A DNA stretch of 64,000 bases, taken from positions 35,731-99,730 of the forward strand of contig VHCW01000001.1 in the NCBI GenBank assembly GCA_016871575.1. The letters are read 5' to 3'. This DNA is from Verrucomicrobiota bacterium. GTDB taxonomy: Bacteria > Verrucomicrobiota > Verrucomicrobiia > Palsa-1439. The notes under the pieces are model-generated. The model was not told the origin of the DNA. It did no database searches and worked only from the letters and a program-made list of their open reading frames with translations. Of this stretch, positions 36,327 to 44,812 are shown piece after piece. Position 1 is the first letter of the stretch. Each line of letters starts with the position of its first letter. The translations under genes and the position numbers were made by a program.

Positions 36327-37751
36327 TTACAGCCGGCTCCGTTTGGCGTCGCGCAGTTGCTCGAAGAGCTTGGTCAATGTCGCGACAATCTCCGGATGCT
36401 CACGATAAACGTTCTTCGTTTCGCCGGGGTCGGCGGCGAGGTCGTACAGTTGCATCGGCGGTGCGTCGGGTTTGAGTTTGCCGTCGGGCGTGTAATCACT
36501 GTTGACCATGCCGACTTGCGAGAACTTGAGATAGGGAGCACGTTCAGTTTTCTCCGTCGAGTAACCGGAGCCTTGCCCCATCACCAGTTTCCAGTTTCCC
36601 TCACGCACAGCCCAGATGTCCTCCTGCTTCCTGTGCCGAAACAGGGATGAAGAACGCGCCTGCACGATGAGATTCGTTCGCGAGCCGTTCTTGCCGAGCA
36701 GCAACGGCAGCGCGTCGAAGCTGTCCTCGCCGACATCGGCGGGCAATGTCTGGCCGGTCAGCGCGGCGAACGTGGCCAGCATATCGGTGAGGCAGAGCAA
36801 CTGTTCCGACTTTGTTCCGACTGGAATGTGGCCGGGCCAGCGCGCGAGGAACGGCACGCGATTGCCGCCCTCCCACGCGTCGCCTTTCTGTCCGTTGAAC
36901 GGCGCGCACGGGCGATGACCAGTGGGGAAACCTTCCCGCTCATACACGCCGCCGTTGTCGCTGGTGAAGATGACGAGCGTGTTGTCGGTCAACTTGAGCC
37001 GGTCGAGCGTGGCGAGCAGTTCGCCGACCGACCAGTCCAACTCGTGAACGAAGTCGCCGTACTTGCCGGCCTGACTGGTGCCGGCGAACTTTGCGTTCGG
37101 CGTAAGTGGCGTGTGGATGTTGTTCGGCACGTAGTGGAGATAGAACGGCTTGTCTTTATTGCGTTCGATGAACGCGATAGCTTTCTCGTGCAGCACGCGG
37201 GCATTCTCGTCGTTCTTCATGGTGAGCGTCGGTGTGATGCGATGATCTTCGACGTATGGTCCCCAGCGATTGCTGACATCGCCAAAGAAATAATCGAAGC
37301 CGACCTCCAGCGGTCCCGGCTTGAGTTCGCCTTTCCAGTCCACACGTTGTTTCGGCGTTCCGAAACCGAGATGCCATTTGCCGACGATGCCAGTGGTGTA
37401 GCCGGCCCGCTTCAGCAGCGACGCGGTCGTCATTCGCCCCTCCTCGATCAACAGCGCCGCGCCGGGTGACGCCCAACAGACTTGCGACCGCCGGCACGGG
37501 TAGCGTCCCGTCAATACACCGTACCGCGTCGGACAACACACGCCCGCCGGCGTGTGCGCATCGGTGAGTCGGATGCCTTCCTTAGCGATGCGATCAATGC
37601 CGGGCGTCTTGAGCTTCGTCGCGCCTTGGCACGAGAGATCGTTATAGCCGAGGTCGTCGGCGAGGATGAGGACAATATTTGGTTTTACGAAGGCCCCCGC
37701 GAGAGATTGGCCACAAAACAGAGCCAGCCAGATGGCAAAGATGCGTTTCAT
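36327..37751 (-). CDS. Sulfatase (arylsulfatase family) with a signal peptide.
   Basis: IVLILADDLGYND and CCPTR (the C-x-P-x-R formylglycine motif). Confidence 0.88.
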   Translation of the reverse strand: MKRIFAIWLALFCGQSLAGAFVKPNIVLILADDLGYNDLSCQGATKLKTPGIDRIAKEGIRLTDAHTPAGVCCPTRYGVLTGRYPCRRSQVCWASPGAALLIEEGRMTTASLLKRAGYTTGIVGKWHLGFGTPKQRVDWKGELKPGPLEVGFDYFFGDVSNRWGPYVEDHRITPTLTMKNDENARVLHEKAIAFIERNKDKPFYLHYVPNNIHTPLTPNAKFAGTSQAGKYGDFVHELDWSVGELLATLDRLKLTDNTLVIFTSDNGGVYEREGFPTGHRPCAPFNGQKGDAWEGGNRVPFLARWPGHIPVGTKSEQLLCLTDMLATFAALTGQTLPADVGEDSFDALPLLLGKNGSRTNLIVQARSSSLFRHRKQEDIWAVREGNWKLVMGQGSGYSTEKTERAPYLKFSQVGMVNSDYTPDGKLKPDAPPMQLYDLAADPGETKNVYREHPEIVATLTKLFEQLRDAKRSRL

Positions 37752-37816
37752 GGCAACTGTGATAACTAATCTGTCATTGAGTTTCAATCTTCGAGGATAG
37801 AACTGACAGCATTAAA

Positions 37817-38548
37817 TTACAGCAGCTTGGTTTTGCCGGGAATGGCGACGGGATAGATGCCGTCGGGGCCGGGTTTCACGGGTGGTTCCGTCTTCATCGT
37901 GATCTCGCCTTGCGGCGGGAAGGCGAACTTCGAGTCCATCGTTTCCTTCCACGTGAGTCGCTTGCCGGTGTAAGCGGAGAGCTGGCCGAGCACCGTGACC
38001 ATCGTGGAGTCAGCCAATACCTTTGCACCGCGCATTGGCTTGCCGTCACGGAGGGTCTTTAGGAACTCCTTGTGCTCTTGGATGTAAGGTGTGCTGTCTG
38101 GCTGCAAGGGGTCGGCCTTCCAAGTGATGTTTCCTTTCAAGTCCATGATGTAAGGCTGTCCCATGGCCGGAAAACAGCACCGCCCTTTGCTGCCGTGGTA
38201 CATGTCCTTGGTCATTCCATAGCAGCCGAAGGCGGTTCGACAAGAACCATAGATACACAAGCCGCTGGGATACTCATAAGTGACATGATGATGATCGAAG
38301 GAAGTGCCCATCGAGCCTTGGAAATGCGTGGAGCGGCCGCCCATTGCGTAAGCCGCCTCCGGCATCACGTCGCCGATGGTCCACAACGCCGAGTCGAGAT
38401 TATGAATGAGCGATTGCGGGATGTCGGCACCCTGCATCCGCTTGACCGCCGCGTGCGCGAAGCGACTCACATCGGGTGCGCCCACCAAAGTGCCGACGGC
38501 GGCGATGGCGGAAGTCTTCAGGAACTCATGACGAGTGGGGCGCTTCAT
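37817..38548 (-). CDS. Truncated Gfo/Idh/MocA paralog: a TAT signal peptide joined directly to the C-terminal alpha/beta domain, with no NAD-binding Rossmann domain.
   Basis: MKRPTRHEFLKTSAIAAVGTLVGAP... then ..HHVTYEYPSGLCIYGSCRTAFGCYG.., which aligns to the C-terminal halves of the full-length paralogs at 5588, 6914 and 57427. Confidence 0.55.
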   Translation of the reverse strand: MKRPTRHEFLKTSAIAAVGTLVGAPDVSRFAHAAVKRMQGADIPQSLIHNLDSALWTIGDVMPEAAYAMGGRSTHFQGSMGTSFDHHHVTYEYPSGLCIYGSCRTAFGCYGMTKDMYHGSKGRCCFPAMGQPYIMDLKGNITWKADPLQPDSTPYIQEHKEFLKTLRDGKPMRGAKVLADSTMVTVLGQLSAYTGKRLTWKETMDSKFAFPPQGEITMKTEPPVKPGPDGIYPVAIPGKTKLL

Positions 38549-38630
38549 GGTGTGTCCTTTGGTTGGCAATGAAAACACCATGTCCGTCAATCCACTTTGA
38601 CAAAACAGTCCGCCACCCTATTCCCCCAGA

Positions 38631-38672
38631 AGTCGCGGGATTTTGTTATAATTATAACAGAATTCCGCGACT
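38631..38672. promoter_or_regulatory. Near-perfect 21-bp-arm palindrome (19/21 matches), AT-rich at its centre, between the PQQ-propeller gene and the truncated Gfo/Idh/MocA gene. It is a candidate operator or RNA stem-loop.
   Basis: agtcgcgggattttgttataa|ttataacagaattccgcgact. Both flanking shadow ORFs translate it as ..FCYNYN(K/R)IPRL.., confirming the dyad. Confidence 0.45.
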
Positions 38673-38705
38673 CGTGTGCCGGAAGTTTTTGTCATGACGA
38701 AACCG

Positions 38706-40184
38706 TCAGCGCGCCGGGTGGTTGCGGAGCGCGTACAACCAGCCGTTGAACGTGGAAAAAAACAGCGTCTCATCCGCGGCCACCGCCGAGGAGAACACCG
38801 GCATCCCCAGCCGAACCGTATCAAGCACCTTCTTTTCCTTGCCGGCGGCCAGTATCCAGAAAGTTTTCATTGTCGGCAGGTAAATCTTGCCGTCAGCCAC
38901 CAACGTCGAGGACCAGAGCACTTCGCCGGTTTCGTGAATCCAATGGACGTGGCCGTTGTCTGCATCAAGACAATGGATTCGGCCGGCGATGTCGGCGACG
39001 TACAGCAGGCCGTCGGCGATGGAGACGGTGGACAACGTGCGGTCGAGTCCCTGATAACGCCAAATCTCTGTGCCTTGCGCGGCGTCCAGACACCAGAGCG
39101 CGCCGCGACCGCGGCCATGTTCGGGGTCGCGCCCGATGGGCACGTAGATGCGGTCGTTGTGCAGGACGGGACAGGCGACAATCGCGCTGGTCCCGGTGTA
39201 ACTGCTCTCGTTCTTCTTGTTGAGCGATTTCCGGAGCCGTTTATCGCCGAGCGAATACAGCGCTGCCCAGTTCAGGTTGCCGACCGGCCGCCGGTACTCG
39301 GTCGGAACACAGTCGAAACGCCACACGGTTTTCAACGTGGCGGCATCGAACGCGTAGCACCAGCCGTCGCCCGCGCCGAAAAAGAGCAACTTGCGTCCGC
39401 GCACCGTGCCGAGCGACGGCGTGGACCATTGGCCGTGAAAAATGTTCGGCCCGATCTCGCGGGCGTCATCGGCAGCCACGAGTTGTCCCGTGCGTTTGTC
39501 CAGCGCGATAACACTTGGCGCATCCGGCGCGGGCGTCGGACGGTCGTCGTAGTGGGGAGCCAGCGCATCGCGGTCGGTGCCGTTGGACGTGCAGACGTAC
39601 ACCAGGTCGCCATCCACGAGCGGCGAGCCGTTGCAGGCATCGGAGGGACGGATGCCGTACTTCCACAAGTCAAAACTCCAGATTCGCTGCCCCGTGTTGG
39701 CGTCGAGGCAGAGCACCTCGCAACGGTGATTGACGAAATAGACGCAATCAGCCTCGATGGTGGCGGTGGAAACGATGCCGAGATTGCTGGTGATCCAGCC
39801 CAGCATGAATTTCCGGCCCGGCTGGATTTCCCTGGGAAACACGCGATACGGCTCCTCGTATTGCCAGAGCACTTTCCCGGTGCGCGCATCGAGACACTTG
39901 AACGTTCCTTTCCTCGGCTCGCCCCCGCCCACGTACACCTTCCCGGCGGCGACGGACGGGGATGGATACATGACCATGTTGATCTTCACGCCCCAAGCGA
40001 CGTTGGTGGCGGTGCCGACGAGGACATGGCCCTTGGCATTGTTTTTCTCGCCAAAGGAAAACATCGCCGGAAGGTTTCGCTCCGCCGAGACCATGTTCTT
40101 GGAGTGCGACCCGCAAAACTCCGGCGAGTCGCCCGCCATCGCGGGCAAGGCCAATAACAGAAAAAGCAATTTCATTGGTGCCAT
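38706..40184 (-). CDS. PQQ-like beta-propeller repeat protein with a signal peptide.
   Basis: MAPMKLLFLLLALPAMA signal. Repeated ..G.VYVG/..DG.LY.. blades typical of PQQ/BamB-like propellers. Confidence 0.7.
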   Translation of the reverse strand: MAPMKLLFLLLALPAMAGDSPEFCGSHSKNMVSAERNLPAMFSFGEKNNAKGHVLVGTATNVAWGVKINMVMYPSPSVAAGKVYVGGGEPRKGTFKCLDARTGKVLWQYEEPYRVFPREIQPGRKFMLGWITSNLGIVSTATIEADCVYFVNHRCEVLCLDANTGQRIWSFDLWKYGIRPSDACNGSPLVDGDLVYVCTSNGTDRDALAPHYDDRPTPAPDAPSVIALDKRTGQLVAADDAREIGPNIFHGQWSTPSLGTVRGRKLLFFGAGDGWCYAFDAATLKTVWRFDCVPTEYRRPVGNLNWAALYSLGDKRLRKSLNKKNESSYTGTSAIVACPVLHNDRIYVPIGRDPEHGRGRGALWCLDAAQGTEIWRYQGLDRTLSTVSIADGLLYVADIAGRIHCLDADNGHVHWIHETGEVLWSSTLVADGKIYLPTMKTFWILAAGKEKKVLDTVRLGMPVFSSAVAADETLFFSTFNGWLYALRNHPAR

Positions 40185-40233
40185 CTTTATAAAACAGGCG
40201 GGCTTGCACAAGGCAGAATTGCCGGGTAATGCT

Positions 40234-41427
40234 GTGATTGTGGTGAAGCTGCTATTGCTGCTGGTTGCGTGCGTGTCCGTCCAAGCCATGGACGGCAAGG
40301 TCTTCTGTGGCTATCAAGGCTGGTTCAACGCCGAGGGCGATGGCGCCGAACGCGGCTGGACGCACTGGACGAAAGGCAAAGGCACACCGACCGCCGCCAA
40401 CATCAAGGTGGACCTCTGGCCCGATGTCTCCGAACTCGGCCCAGACGAACGCTTCGCCACCGGGCTGCGGTTCCCCGACGGACGCGTTGCCGAGGTGTTC
40501 AGCTCGTTCAAGCGCGAGACCGTGCTGCGCCATTTCCGCTGGATGCGCGACTACGGCATTGATGGCGCGTTCGTCCAGCGGTTTGCCGTCGGACTTCAAG
40601 ATCCGCGCGTCCGCCGGCATACGGACACAGTGTTGGCGCATTGCCGCGAAGGCGCAAAGCAATATCAACGCGACTACGTCGTGATGTACGACCTTACGGG
40701 CCTGCGTGCGGACCGTGTCAGCACAGTGCTCGATGACTGGCGGCAGCTCACCGTCACCAACGACACCGCCTACCTTCGACACCGCGGCAAACCGCTCGTC
40801 ACCGTCTGGGGCGTCGGCTTCAACGACGACCGCGCCTACACGCTCGCCGAGTGCCGCCAACTCGTCGAGGCGCTCAAACGCGGCGGCTGCTCCGTCATGC
40901 TCGGCGTGCCGACTTACTGGCGCGAATTGAAACGCGACGCCGTTGCCGATCCCGCGCTCCACGACATCATCCGGCTCGCCGACATCGTCAGCCCGTGGAC
41001 CGTCGGACGATACGCAGATGTCCAGAACCACGCCAAAAACACGCTCCCCGCTGACATCGCTTGGTGTCGCAAGAACAAGCTCGATTATCTGCCGGTTGTC
41101 TTTCCGGGATTCAGTTGGCACAACATGAAAGGCGACCAACTCGACAAGATTCCGCGCCGGCGTGGCGCATTCCTTTGGTCGCAGTTTGCCGCCGTCAAAC
41201 GCGCCGGGCTGAACGCCGCTTACGTGGCGATGTTCGACGAAGTGGACGAAGGCACCGCCATCTTCAAGTGCGAACCCCAACCGCCCGCTGGCTTTCTCGG
41301 ACTCGAAGGATTACCGAGCGACTACTACCTGCGCCTGACCGGCCTGGGCGGCAAACTGCTCCGCGGCAAGATTCCCACCACCGACCGGCCGCCCGGCTTG
41401 ACAAACGCACCAGCGCTGGTACGCTAG
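40234..41427 (+). CDS. Secreted putative glycoside hydrolase (GH99-like/WbsX-like family).
   Basis: Signal (V)IVVKLLLLLVACVSVQA with a probable GTG start, then ..KVFCGYQGWF..W..W. The family assignment is tentative. Confidence 0.5.
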   Translation: MIVVKLLLLLVACVSVQAMDGKVFCGYQGWFNAEGDGAERGWTHWTKGKGTPTAANIKVDLWPDVSELGPDERFATGLRFPDGRVAEVFSSFKRETVLRHFRWMRDYGIDGAFVQRFAVGLQDPRVRRHTDTVLAHCREGAKQYQRDYVVMYDLTGLRADRVSTVLDDWRQLTVTNDTAYLRHRGKPLVTVWGVGFNDDRAYTLAECRQLVEALKRGGCSVMLGVPTYWRELKRDAVADPALHDIIRLADIVSPWTVGRYADVQNHAKNTLPADIAWCRKNKLDYLPVVFPGFSWHNMKGDQLDKIPRRRGAFLWSQFAAVKRAGLNAAYVAMFDEVDEGTAIFKCEPQPPAGFLGLEGLPSDYYLRLTGLGGKLLRGKIPTTDRPPGLTNAPALVR

Positions 41428-41434
41428 CCCCGCA

Positions 41435-41503
41435 ATGAACCAAAACCTTAACCTGCTCGGTCTGCTGGCTCTGCCCCGAAAGCTTTCGGGGACGGTGGGT
41501 TAA
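41435..41503 (+). CDS. leuL: Leucine leader peptide (22 aa, 7 Leu) for attenuation control of leuA.
   Basis: atg aac caa aac ctt aac ctg ctc ggt ctg ctg gct ctg ccc cga aag ctt tcg ggg acg gtg ggt taa, translating to MNQNLNLLGLLALPRKLSGTVG. Confidence 0.7.
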   Translation: MNQNLNLLGLLALPRKLSGTVG

Positions 41504-41523
41504 GGTCTGCACTAGAAAAATCA

Positions 41524-41560
41524 ACCCACTGTCGCCGCGAGCGATGGTGGGTTTTTGTTT
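41524..41560 (+). terminator. Intrinsic terminator/attenuator hairpin (acccac...gtgggt followed by ttttgtttt) in the leuA leader.
   Basis: aacccactgtcgccgcgagcgatggtgggtttttgtttt. An upstream segment, ggtgggttaagg, can alternatively pair with aacccac (anti-terminator) or with aaccttaacc inside the leader ORF. Confidence 0.65.
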
Positions 41561-41596
41561 TCCATCACACTCGCGACGCTGTAGAAAGAGACCAAC

Positions 41597-43135
41597 ATGA
41601 GCGAACAAGTCTATATCTTCGACACGACGTTGCGCGACGGCGAGCAATGCCCCGGCGCGTCCATGAACACCCGCGAGAAACTCGAGGTCGCGCGCCAGCT
41701 CGCCCGCCTCAAGGTGGACATCATCGAGGCCGGCTTTCCCATCGCCAGCGACGGCGACTTCGAGGCGGTCAAGGCCATCGCGACGGAGATTCAGGGGCCG
41801 TGCATCGCTGCCCTGGCGCGGACGCACGAAAAAGACATCGTCCGCGCCGGAGAAGCGATCAAGCCGGCGGCAAAACGACGGATCCACACATTCAGCTCCG
41901 GCAGCGACATCCATTTGGAGACGATGCTCAAGATATCGCGCGCGGAGAACATCAAGCGTTCTGTCGCGGCGATAAAACTCGCCCGCCAGTTCACCGACAA
42001 CGTCGAGTATTCCGCGCAGGACACGACGCGTTCGGACCGCGAGTATCTCGTCGAGCTGTACACCGCCTGCGCCGAGGCCGGCGCGACCACGTTGAACATC
42101 CCCGACACCGTCGGCTACGCGATTCCGCACGAATACGGGGCGTTGATCGCGTTTCTCATCGAGCGGATCAAGGTGCCCGGCTTGATCTACTCCGTGCACT
42201 GCCACAACGACCTCGGCTTGGCCGCGGCCAACTCGCTCGCCGCCGTCAAGGCCGGCGCGCGCCAGATCGAGTGCGCCATCAACGGCCTCGGCGAACGCGC
42301 CGGCAACACCTCGCTCGAAGAAGTCGTGATGGCGATCAAGATGCGCCCCGAGGTCTTCGGCGGGGTGACGACCGGCATTGACACGCGCCAGATTTACCCG
42401 GCGAGCCGGCTCGTGTCGCACCTCACCGGCATGGTCGTGCAGCGCAACAAAGCCATCGTCGGCGACAACGCCTTCGCCCACGAATCCGGCATCCACCAGC
42501 ACGGCATCATCGCGAACCGTTGCAACTACGAGATCATGAGCGCCGAGGATGTCGGCCGCTCCAGCGAACTCACATGGGGCAAACACATGGGGCACCATGC
42601 TGTCCGCAAGAAACTCGCCGAGATGGGCTACACGCTCAGCGACGCCGAGATCAAGTCCATCACCGACAGCATCAAGGCGCTCGCCGACAAAAAGAAACAC
42701 GTGTACGACGAAGACGTCCGCGCCCTTGTGGAAGGCCAGTTCACCGAGGTGGTGCAGACTTGGAAACTCGACTACCTCAGCGTCATGACCGGCACCATCC
42801 CGACCGCCAGCGTCCGCCTCCTGAAAGCCGGCAAGAAAGAGCCGGTCGCCGACGCCGGCACCGGCGACGGCCCGATTGACGCCACGCTCAAGACCTTGGA
42901 TCGCATCACCGGCGTCAAGGGCAGCTTGATGGACTTCAACGTCGCCAGCGTCACGCGCGGCGAGGATGCCATCGGTGAAGTCAGTGTCCGCGTGGATTTC
43001 AACGGCCGCATCGTCACCGGCAAAGGCAGCAGCACCGACATCATCGAAGCGAGCGCACTCGCGTACTTGAACGCCCTCAACCGCCACCTCGACGAACAGC
43101 AAAGACGTTGCGCCGCCGATAAACCAACGCAGTAA
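41597..43135 (+). CDS. leuA: 2-isopropylmalate synthase.
   Basis: MSEQVYIFDTTLRDGEQCPGASM..., 512 aa. Confidence 0.92.
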   Translation: MSEQVYIFDTTLRDGEQCPGASMNTREKLEVARQLARLKVDIIEAGFPIASDGDFEAVKAIATEIQGPCIAALARTHEKDIVRAGEAIKPAAKRRIHTFSSGSDIHLETMLKISRAENIKRSVAAIKLARQFTDNVEYSAQDTTRSDREYLVELYTACAEAGATTLNIPDTVGYAIPHEYGALIAFLIERIKVPGLIYSVHCHNDLGLAAANSLAAVKAGARQIECAINGLGERAGNTSLEEVVMAIKMRPEVFGGVTTGIDTRQIYPASRLVSHLTGMVVQRNKAIVGDNAFAHESGIHQHGIIANRCNYEIMSAEDVGRSSELTWGKHMGHHAVRKKLAEMGYTLSDAEIKSITDSIKALADKKKHVYDEDVRALVEGQFTEVVQTWKLDYLSVMTGTIPTASVRLLKAGKKEPVADAGTGDGPIDATLKTLDRITGVKGSLMDFNVASVTRGEDAIGEVSVRVDFNGRIVTGKGSSTDIIEASALAYLNALNRHLDEQQRRCAADKPTQ

Positions 43136-43157
43136 CGGCAACAGTCAGTAGTCGAAA

Positions 43158-44648
43158 TCAGGACGCAGGCGGCGCGACACTGGCGTCTTCTGTTCCCTCG
43201 GAAACGGGTGGTGCAGGAGCCGCTTCCTTCACCGGCGTATCGGGAGCCGGTGCCGGGTCTGGTGGCGCCAGTTCAGTTTCAGGTTTCGATTCTGGTTTGG
43301 CCTCAGCCGGCGGCTTGTTCTCCAACGCCCAGAGCCGGCCGTCGGCGAACTCGACGACGCTGCCTTCCATGATCAGCCAGTGCAGGTCGGCCATGAACCG
43401 GTCTTGATCGGCGATCTGGAGGTTGTCGGCAAGCTGTTTGCGGACGCTGTCGGGATGAGCGCGGAGGAAGGTGATGATCTTCTGGATCTGGTCGCTCAGG
43501 CCGTCGAGGCTCTCGACGCGTTTCGGTTTGATGTGGCTGACGTAGGTGACGCCTTTGCGGTGCTTGAAGAAGTGGAAACCATCGGGCCGGAGCCGGTCGC
43601 TGAGGGTCTGGGCGCTGCGCAACGGAAACCGCCATTCGCTGACGAAGGCGATACGCAACGCTTCACTCAGGGCCACCCATGTTTGTTGACGGCTGGCAAC
43701 GCCGCTGATCTGGAGTTCCGTGTTGCTGGTGACAAGCGCGTCCAGGTGTGTTTCGGCGAGGTGTTTCTCGACTTCCTCGCGCGAGGCGAACGCTTTCGGT
43801 TCGGGACAGAGGAGGCAGTGGAACTCGGTGACGAAGCTCTTGGACTCGACCCATTGTTTGACGACGGCTTCGTCCTTGACGGTCTGGATGCGGGAGCGGA
43901 ATTCGTCGAACGACATGTGCCGGAGGCGGCGTTGGTGGAAGCGGACGATGGTGGCCTGGTAGTCGTGGTAGTTGGACGGACCGAAGATTTCGCCGGTGAT
44001 GCTGCAACGGTTGACGGAAGCGAAGTTGCCTTTCGGCGGGTCGCAGGGTTTCTTTTCGGCGCGACAAAGTTTGTCGGCGTGCCGGCGGAAGACGTGGCGC
44101 AACGCCTCGTCCTTGCTTTGGAAAACGGTTTCGTCGGCGAGCGCGAGGAACAACGGGGCGCGCGTGCCGTCGGCGCCGGGCTTGAGGGCGAGTTTGAGGA
44201 CGTGGCGCTCGGGTTTGTTGAGGATGAGCTTGGCGACGTCGAAGAGGGCGTAGGCGCGCGGCGAATGTTTCATCGTCTCGATCATTGCGGCGAGGCCCTT
44301 TTCTTCGGGGAGGAAACTGATCTCGACGTTGGCCGGAGCGGGTGGCCTTCGCTCGATGGGCGGAGCCGGTCGGCGTTCCATTGGGCGATGTCCTTCGCGT
44401 CCGGGCGGGCGGTCGCGGCGCGGCGGTCCGCCTTCGCGGCGGGGTGGCCGGTCTCCCGGTGGCCGCGGCGGACGATCACCCTGTGGCCGCGGTGGGCGGC
44501 GGTCGCGGTCGCCTCGGTCGCGGCGGGGCCGGTCGGGATCCTCGCCGGCGTGGTTTTCGTAGGATTTGGGTGCGGACTTGAGCCATTCCGGAACGATGTT
44601 AAGTTCGTCCAGAGGCAAAGATTGGTTGTCGGGATTCGGCGTGGTCAT
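43158..44648 (-). CDS. Hypothetical protein with an Arg/Pro/Asp-rich low-complexity N-terminal region.
   Basis: RDRGDRDRRPPRPQGDRPPRPPGDRPPRREGGPPRRDRPPGREG imperfect repeats. The C-terminal ~330 aa are of ordinary composition. Confidence 0.5.
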   Translation of the reverse strand: MTTPNPDNQSLPLDELNIVPEWLKSAPKSYENHAGEDPDRPRRDRGDRDRRPPRPQGDRPPRPPGDRPPRREGGPPRRDRPPGREGHRPMERRPAPPIERRPPAPANVEISFLPEEKGLAAMIETMKHSPRAYALFDVAKLILNKPERHVLKLALKPGADGTRAPLFLALADETVFQSKDEALRHVFRRHADKLCRAEKKPCDPPKGNFASVNRCSITGEIFGPSNYHDYQATIVRFHQRRLRHMSFDEFRSRIQTVKDEAVVKQWVESKSFVTEFHCLLCPEPKAFASREEVEKHLAETHLDALVTSNTELQISGVASRQQTWVALSEALRIAFVSEWRFPLRSAQTLSDRLRPDGFHFFKHRKGVTYVSHIKPKRVESLDGLSDQIQKIITFLRAHPDSVRKQLADNLQIADQDRFMADLHWLIMEGSVVEFADGRLWALENKPPAEAKPESKPETELAPPDPAPAPDTPVKEAAPAPPVSEGTEDASVAPPAS

Positions 44649-44725
44649 GGCTGTAAAAACGGTCTACAAAGTGATGCGTTGACGGGAAAAGGTCAAGACA
44701 GTAAAGTAAGGCAAATTTTGTTGCT

Positions 44726-44801
44726 GGGGGTGTAGCTCATTTGGTAGAGCGCCTCGTTCGCAACGAGGAGGTAAGGGGTTCGAGTCCCCTCACCTCCACC
44801 A
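44726..44801 (+). tRNA. tRNA-Ala (anticodon CGC), with an encoded CCA end.
   Basis: GGGGGUG acceptor stem with a G3:U70 pair, anticodon loop UUCGCAA, T-loop UUCGAGU. The cloverleaf folds cleanly by hand. Confidence 0.85.
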
Positions 44802-44812
44802 GCCTTTCTACA

